Positions 61,701 to 64,000 of a stretch of 64,000 nucleotides of DNA are shown one piece after another. This DNA comes from an uncultured Planctomycetia bacterium (GTDB lineage: Bacteria; Omnitrophota; Gorgyraeia; 2-02-FULL-51-18). Under the pieces are notes generated by a model. It was given only the letters and a program-made list of their open reading frames with translations, was not told the origin of the DNA and searched no databases. Both the position numbers and the translations under genes were made by a program. Position 1 is the first letter of the stretch, and every line of letters begins with the position of its first letter. The stretch lies in the NCBI GenBank assembly GCA_964431835.1, contig CAYSKO010000009.1:8330-72329 (forward strand). Reading direction: 5' to 3'.

Positions 61701-64000
61701 TCTCCGCCATGGAGCTCAAACTCCGCGTGGAAGGCAAGAAGACGGACGCGGAGATCTTCAGCGAGCTCGAATCGCGCCGTTCGGAGCTCAACTCCGAGCA
61801 TATCGTCATTAAAAACATGATGAAGGCCTCGGGCCTGCGCCTCTTCAACGCGACCGCCTACCAGGGCGGCGAGCTGCGTAACCACTCGGAACGGAGCGCG
61901 CGCGTGATCGACGCTCATACCGACAAGAACACGATCGTCGTCATCGATACCGTCAACAACGTCCACTTGAGGAACGAAGCGAAGTCGGCTGCCGAGAAGG
62001 GCGACACCAAGCTCTTCGAAGCGCTCCTCAAGTCGCGCTTCATCACGCTCGACGAATTCCACAAGTTCCTTTCGAACAAGAACTCGGGCATCATCGCGGA
62101 AAACCAGCGCATGCCGGAGCCTCGCGAAATCGAGTCGCTCATGGAAAACGTGATTTCGAAAATCGCGGACTCAAACTTCAAGCTCCATTGGGAGCCGGTG
62201 CGTTATTCCACGGAGACCGAATTTGAGGCGGCCGTCGCGAAGTACACGAACGGCGAAGGCGCGAACGAAATGAAGATCCTCATCAATTCCGAGACCGGAC
62301 AGATCAACCTGAGCAAGGCTCTCAACGACAGCCTGCGCACGGCGCTCGGCCCCGAGTTCGGTAAGGTGCGCTCGGTCATCTCGGCGCTGGACGCGAACGA
62401 ATTCCATTACAAGATCCATACCGACAAGGAAGGCAAGACGAAGGTCATCCCGGTCAACGGCCGCGAAGGCACGCCGAGCCCCGATTCGAGCTTCCAGGAC
62501 ATCGAGTACTCGATGACGCTGGCCCTGAAGCACACGAAGGGCAACACGGCGACCGCCCGAGAGATGGTCAGCCGCAGCGATACCTCGATGTCGAGCGCGA
62601 TCGCCGAGAGCGTGCACATCCCCGGCGCGGTCGTCACCGGCGTCTCGGGCACGCTCGGCGGCCTCGAGGCTCTCCAGAAATTCCAGATTGGCGAGAGGGT
62701 CGTGAACATCTCGGGTTCCGTGCTCGACGCGGTCCGCGTGGGCGGCACGAGGGGCCAGATCTTCGACATGTCGACCGGCGAGCAGGAATGGCTCGACGGC
62801 ATCAATTCGTCGCTCCGCGAGAACGTCACGGTACTCCTGGTCGTGAGCGCGAAGGAGCGCGACGCGATCGAGAAGTTCCAGAAAGGCGACTTATTCAAGT
62901 CCGCCGACGGCAAGCCGGTCGAAGTCGCGAAGATCGACTCCAACACGAGCGGCGAATCGAAGAACGGCCAGGCTTCGGAGATGGATCAGCTCGTCAAGTC
63001 GCCGTGGGGCAAGGACGGCCGCGCCCGCGTCATCCTCATCACCGAGCGCGGCTGGACGGGCCGTGACTACGCCCAGAACGCGGAGCTCGCGAAGTTCGTC
63101 GACGGCAAGCTCATGCACCAGTCGGTGCACATGGCCTTCTACAAGGCGCACACGATCGGCGCCTCCGACTTCGTGCAGGCCCTCGGCCGCGCCGGCCGCA
63201 GCGAAACCGAGGCCACGGTTCGCCGCTACTTCCTCGTGGACAAAACCGAGATCCGCCAGCGCCTTTCGGATCTGAACGACGGCCGCGTCCGTTCGGATTT
63301 CCGCCAGAAACTGAACGAGCGCCTCCGCGACAACCCCGCGGCGGTCGGCGAGACGCTGCGTCTCCTCAACAATTACGAGCGCCGCCTCAACATCGAAGAC
63401 TTGAGTCCCTCCGAACAGCTGCGCTTGAACGCTCAGTTCCTCGAGCTTTCCAACGCGATCGCCGACGGCGCGCGTCACACGGTCCGCGAGAACTGGCGCA
63501 GCTCGATCGAAATCGACCCGTTCCATCAGGCCATCAAGGCCGCCGCTCTCGCCGGCGGCAAGGGGAGCGCCCACTACCGCCGTCTGGACAAGGCTTACAA
63601 GGATCTCCTCGGCAAGCAGAGCGAAGGCGGCGATCTGACGCTGAAGGACGCCGGCGTGGGCAGCGGCGTCGACTTCGTGATGGACACGGCGCGCCAGAGC
63701 GTGAAGAACGCCAAGGAAGCGTGGAAGAACGTCGTCGACAGCATGGACGCGTCGAGCTTCGGCGCGGGCCGCCTTCTGGGCCGCGTGCCCTTCTCGATCC
63801 GCTTCTGGAAAGGCATCGTGCCGATTCCGTCGACTTCCGCGCCCGCGTACGAAGCGCGCCAGACGCTCGCCAAGCTCGAAGCGCTCGAGAAGGCTTTCCT
63901 GACCGGTAACATCGAAGCGACGCGCCTGCAGGTCGAGCGCGTCCAGCTCGGCCTCGACTCCGGCAAGGTCCGTGTCGAAACGCGCGGCATCGGCCGCCTC
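2..64000 (+). CDS. Internal fragment of a giant multidomain protein gene (21,333 codons in window; 5' and 3' ends lie outside the window)
   Basis: Continuous translation in the phase beginning at nt 2 gives protein-like sequence end to end. Hand translation at more than 10 checkpoints stayed in the same phase (atg 71, atg 545, GVTMAILD at 6881, GHGT at 7052, RWSYKK at 11222, atg 30527, atg 45986, Cys 51869, atg 52886, Lys 61595, GKVRVETRGIGRL at 63962..64000). The ORF track contains no + ORF in this phase, whereas an in-phase stop would have produced a reported Met-to-stop ORF, so there is no stop in 64 kb. Third codon positions are strongly G/C-biased in this phase only. Recognisable catalytic motifs (S8 triad, TGase triad, Walker A) all fall in this phase. 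Confidence 0.9.
6790..7650 (+). other. Subtilisin-like serine peptidase (MEROPS S8) domain embedded in the giant ORF; catalytic Asp/His/Ser all present
   Basis: Asp motif GVTMAILDSGFN (Asp codon 6899..6901). Calcium-loop-like DDDGNGYIDDVDGWNF. His motif DKLGHGTNVARAAL (His codon 7055..7057). NGAKVINLSIGGG, then AAAGNQG (oxyanion Asn region). Ser motif SESGTSMAAPLVAGAVALLMSKYP (Ser codon 7460..7462). Order and spacing D...H...N...S match subtilases. Confidence 0.85.
7750..10450 (+). other. Beta-rich region with several DUF5666-like short modules (tentative family assignment)
   Basis: Recurrent pattern G(T/S)V..VD....(T/S)I.V.G..V.V....(T/S)..........L..L..G..V.V. Examples: GTVLRDSRSRTITLADLKPEDYVQIRLVQTPEGWHAERV near 9570 and DATVEDVEGRIFPGGLADLSALLQAGQVRVSIKL near 9800. 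Family name is from memory of the DUF5666 consensus and is not verified. Confidence 0.35.
10570..14740 (+). repeat. About 10 tandem 140-aa beta-sandwich repeats (MAM/CUB-like jelly-roll; family tentative)
   Basis: Each unit shows ...G.W..Q.....(S/A)..S..I...........(S/T)F.WK(V/L)....(A/S).D.(F/L).(F/V)Y(V/I)DGV.......(G/D).W......L..G.H.L.W.Y(D/K)(R/K).(S/G)......D.A(W/Y)(I/V)D(E/D)(V/I). Units begin near 10570, 11000, 11330, 11740, 12170, 12610, 13030, 13470, 13900 and 14320 with X(T/G)F.YP.GT.LPLP.G(Y/F)T..G.W.NQN. Confidence 0.6.
14790..18670 (+). repeat. 7 tandem 185-aa repeats resembling Laminin_G_3 / concanavalin-A-like lectin domains
   Basis: Each unit contains ...Y(V/L)YFR(M/T)......GYA..(I/V)......(L/I)YR.......(I/L)......GAS(Y/F)DP(A/T).YH.LK(V/A)..DG..I.V.VDG........D..Y.G........(G/I)......P(V/I)WFDDV(K/R)(V/A). 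The WFDDV-type terminal motif recurs near 15285, 15840, 16400 (TFDDF), 16970 (IFDDF), 17525, 18085 (SFDDV) and 18655. Confidence 0.6.
18700..30450 (+). repeat. About 36 tandem 95-115-aa repeats (DUF5666-like beta modules; novel-looking array), some with Cys-pair inserts
   Basis: Period is about 300-340 nt. Recurring unit: G(E/D)W.(F/L)......(F/L)..........(S/T)LL..V......I.L.DG..I.(L/I)G...I(Y/F)WWNG.......(A/S).L...I......G..V. Examples start at 19378, 19687, 19960, 20270 and 20570, continuing to about 30450. Variant units carry Cys pairs: CAIGQGC (19241..19261), NCWNCY (23087..23098), NNCGSSLCP (23403..23425), CNSWSCY (27472..27489). Confidence 0.6.
30450..36450 (+). other. About 2,000-aa non-repetitive region of unknown function (mixed alpha/beta, many W/Y/D/N)
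   Basis: No internal periodicity seen by eye and no catalytic motif recognised with confidence. Contains the segment GISAFSAMSIF...AGAKLLVHMGDDHYITVDEYDAENDQIWFYED (30560..30930), which loosely resembles a papain/C39-like fold without the Cys. Confidence 0.4.
36450..42600 (+). repeat. About 21 tandem 85-115-aa repeats of a QQMRIQGPG family (unassigned)
   Basis: Unit: (F/V)...G(F/G)(S/A)(V/L).(A/V)(T/S)FE(K/L)(N/D)GV(S/T)QQMRIQGPG(A/S).VEV.V.(A/T)...DGT....AW(V/I)G(R/G).........NA...A..AA..DLST...REAF(M/L)..FE. The QQMRI motif occurs at roughly 38870, 39190, 39450, 39760, 40120, 40450, 40760, 41030, 41350, 41600, 41950 (TQTMRIAQAGG) and 42250; earlier copies are more divergent. Confidence 0.8.
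42900..44350 (+). other. Thr/Gly/Asn-rich beta region with YD/RHS-repeat-like motifs (tentative)
   Basis: Motifs of the Y.YD..G.. type: REFTYNPDGSS, EHSEYNADGDRTRMT, QRIVYNDGSVGVQTTRG, GVYRLNADGTVHYSGG, FRYTFQADGTVLATDVRTGR, TLNAAGNGVTWNENAS. No canonical RHS C-terminal DPxGL pair was recognised. Confidence 0.35.
45400..46540 (+). other. Polytopic membrane block: 8-9 predicted transmembrane helices (Gly/Ala-rich)
   Basis: Hydrophobic stretches of about 20-25 aa: SYVYIVGAIALAAATCWIPGV; VVTASIAAGVAFTVAVVAQVVA; ILFNAINAAAQSFALANGLAALGQLV; VTRAVTLGLTFAAANVAMTVGAQAV; ITAGMVWTAAIQGFVVGVTAGYGA; AITNGVIATARAVQYGVMFTVPSMIMCGLGFLLAAEVGAAA (probably two helices); VTAFVSGAIVGMIINYATS; TFGLGALEWGTMVSVPFTIANGLV; GGIAGALKGIIGWFHP. 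Short polar loops lie between them. The block is flanked upstream by beta repeats and downstream by alpha-helical/charged sequence. Confidence 0.6.
48590..49320 (+). repeat. About 4 tandem 60-aa alpha-helical repeats
   Basis: 180-nt period: N..(K/R)L.G.D..KL..(V/L)A.A...NA..L..AA.(I/V)LG.(E/G)(H/N).(A/S)V..AA..LA(N/D)AITKV......N, starting near 48595, 48775, 48955 and 49135. Confidence 0.5.
51780..52070 (+). other. Transglutaminase-like (papain-fold) domain core with Cys-His-Asp
   Basis: GEMIKEGVGVCRQKAMLVGFLLAEVGVKAKL (Cys codon 51869..51871). GETYGGHAWLTVEVNGKKFYFDPTWAEG (His codon 51986..51988, Asp codon 52031..52033). This reproduces the G.C...A.L...LLR..G(I/V).AR ... HAW.EV...G.W...DPT signature of transglutaminase-like cysteine-protease domains. 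Confidence 0.65.
53263..53400 (+). repeat. In-frame 18-nt (hexapeptide) short tandem repeat, about 8 units
   Basis: ETKIETETRTETETRTEAEVRTEAEVRTEAEVRMEAETRTEAE; nucleotide units such as actgaagccgaagttcgg / accgaagctgaagttcgc / accgaagcggaagttcgc at 53315..53368. Confidence 0.8.
57400..60550 (+). other. Alpha-helical region with recurring F..E.L..ALG-type motifs (unassigned)
   Basis: RRFDAEILAEALEVGK, ARFDAETLATALGMNK, FKAFSLEVLREAAGVSAD, RGKSLEVLRQALGATSEQ, VRAFSIETLKAALGVRAE each precede Ala/Leu/Arg/Glu-rich helices. Confidence 0.4.
61380..63260 (+). other. SecA-like SF2 (DEAD-like) ATPase motor domain: NBD1, PPXD-like insert, NBD2
   Basis: Q-to-Walker-A spacing identical to SecA: PGQRLMIMHLMGNNSVSLGTAGGKTYT (Lys codon 61595..61597; compare SecA [27 protein letters not shown]). 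Walker-B position is IVVIDTVNNVHLRNEA (compare ALVDEVDSILIDEA), so the catalytic Glu appears replaced. An insert of about 230 aa ends ...SMTLALKHTKGNTATAREMVSRSDTSMSSAIAESVHIPGAVVTGVSGTLGGLEA, paralleling the SecA PPXD C-terminal part and the KLAGMTGTADTEA motif. Motif V-like ARVILITERGWTGRDY (compare IATNMAGRGTDI). Motif VI-like FVQALGRAGRSETEATVRRYFLVD (compare [24 protein letters not shown]), codons 63184..63198 for GRAGR. Confidence 0.6.

Noticed and set aside
1-64000. Interpretation as an operon of several genes, or presence of rRNA/tRNA/IS elements
   Set aside because: There is no in-phase stop codon, no intergenic gaps and no RBS/start pattern breaking the frame. No inverted-repeat or transposase-like sequence and no structured-RNA-like AT/GC pattern were noticed. 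The uniform phase-2 coding signal covers the whole window.

Overview
The whole 64,000-nt window is GC-rich (roughly two-thirds G+C by eye, with G/C at almost every third codon position) and reads as one continuous protein-coding frame on the + strand. Codon phase starts at nt 2, so nt 2..64000 is 21,333 codons with no start and no stop inside the window. It is therefore an internal fragment of a giant gene longer than 64 kb, not an operon. The supplied ORF track lists no + strand ORF at all in this phase (every listed + ORF is in phase 0 or 1). Because the track only reports complete Met-to-stop ORFs, that absence can only mean there is no in-phase stop codon anywhere in the window. I confirmed the phase by hand at nt 71, 545, 6881, 7055, 11222, 30527, 45986, 51869, 52886, 61595 and 63962. 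All long ORFs on the - strand (up to 2,475 aa) and the Arg/Pro-rich + ORFs in the other phases are antisense or off-frame artefacts of a stop-poor GC-rich coding sequence. The encoded polypeptide is modular: (i) about 20 tandem 79-aa repeats (MKLQTWTYFKG...); (ii) an intact subtilisin-like S8 peptidase domain; (iii) beta-rich DUF5666-like segments; (iv) about 10 MAM/CUB-like 140-aa jelly-roll repeats; (v) 7 LamG_3/ConA-like 185-aa repeats; (vi) about 36 tandem 100-aa repeats with Cys-pair inserts; (vii) a 2,000-aa non-repetitive region; (viii) about 21 repeats of a QQMRIQGPG family; (ix) a YD/RHS-like motif cluster; (x) a polytopic hydrophobic block of 8-9 predicted TM helices; (xi) alpha-helical repeats; (xii) a charged E/A/K/R coiled-coil of about 2,500 aa that embeds a transglutaminase-like Cys-His-Asp core; (xiii) a C-terminal SecA-like (NBD1-PPXD-NBD2) SF2 ATPase. 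The inferred topology is an enormous extracytoplasmic adhesin/protease-like arm, a membrane domain, and a cytoplasmic coiled-coil stalk with a motor ATPase. No rRNA, tRNA, CRISPR, IS element or independent small gene is supported.
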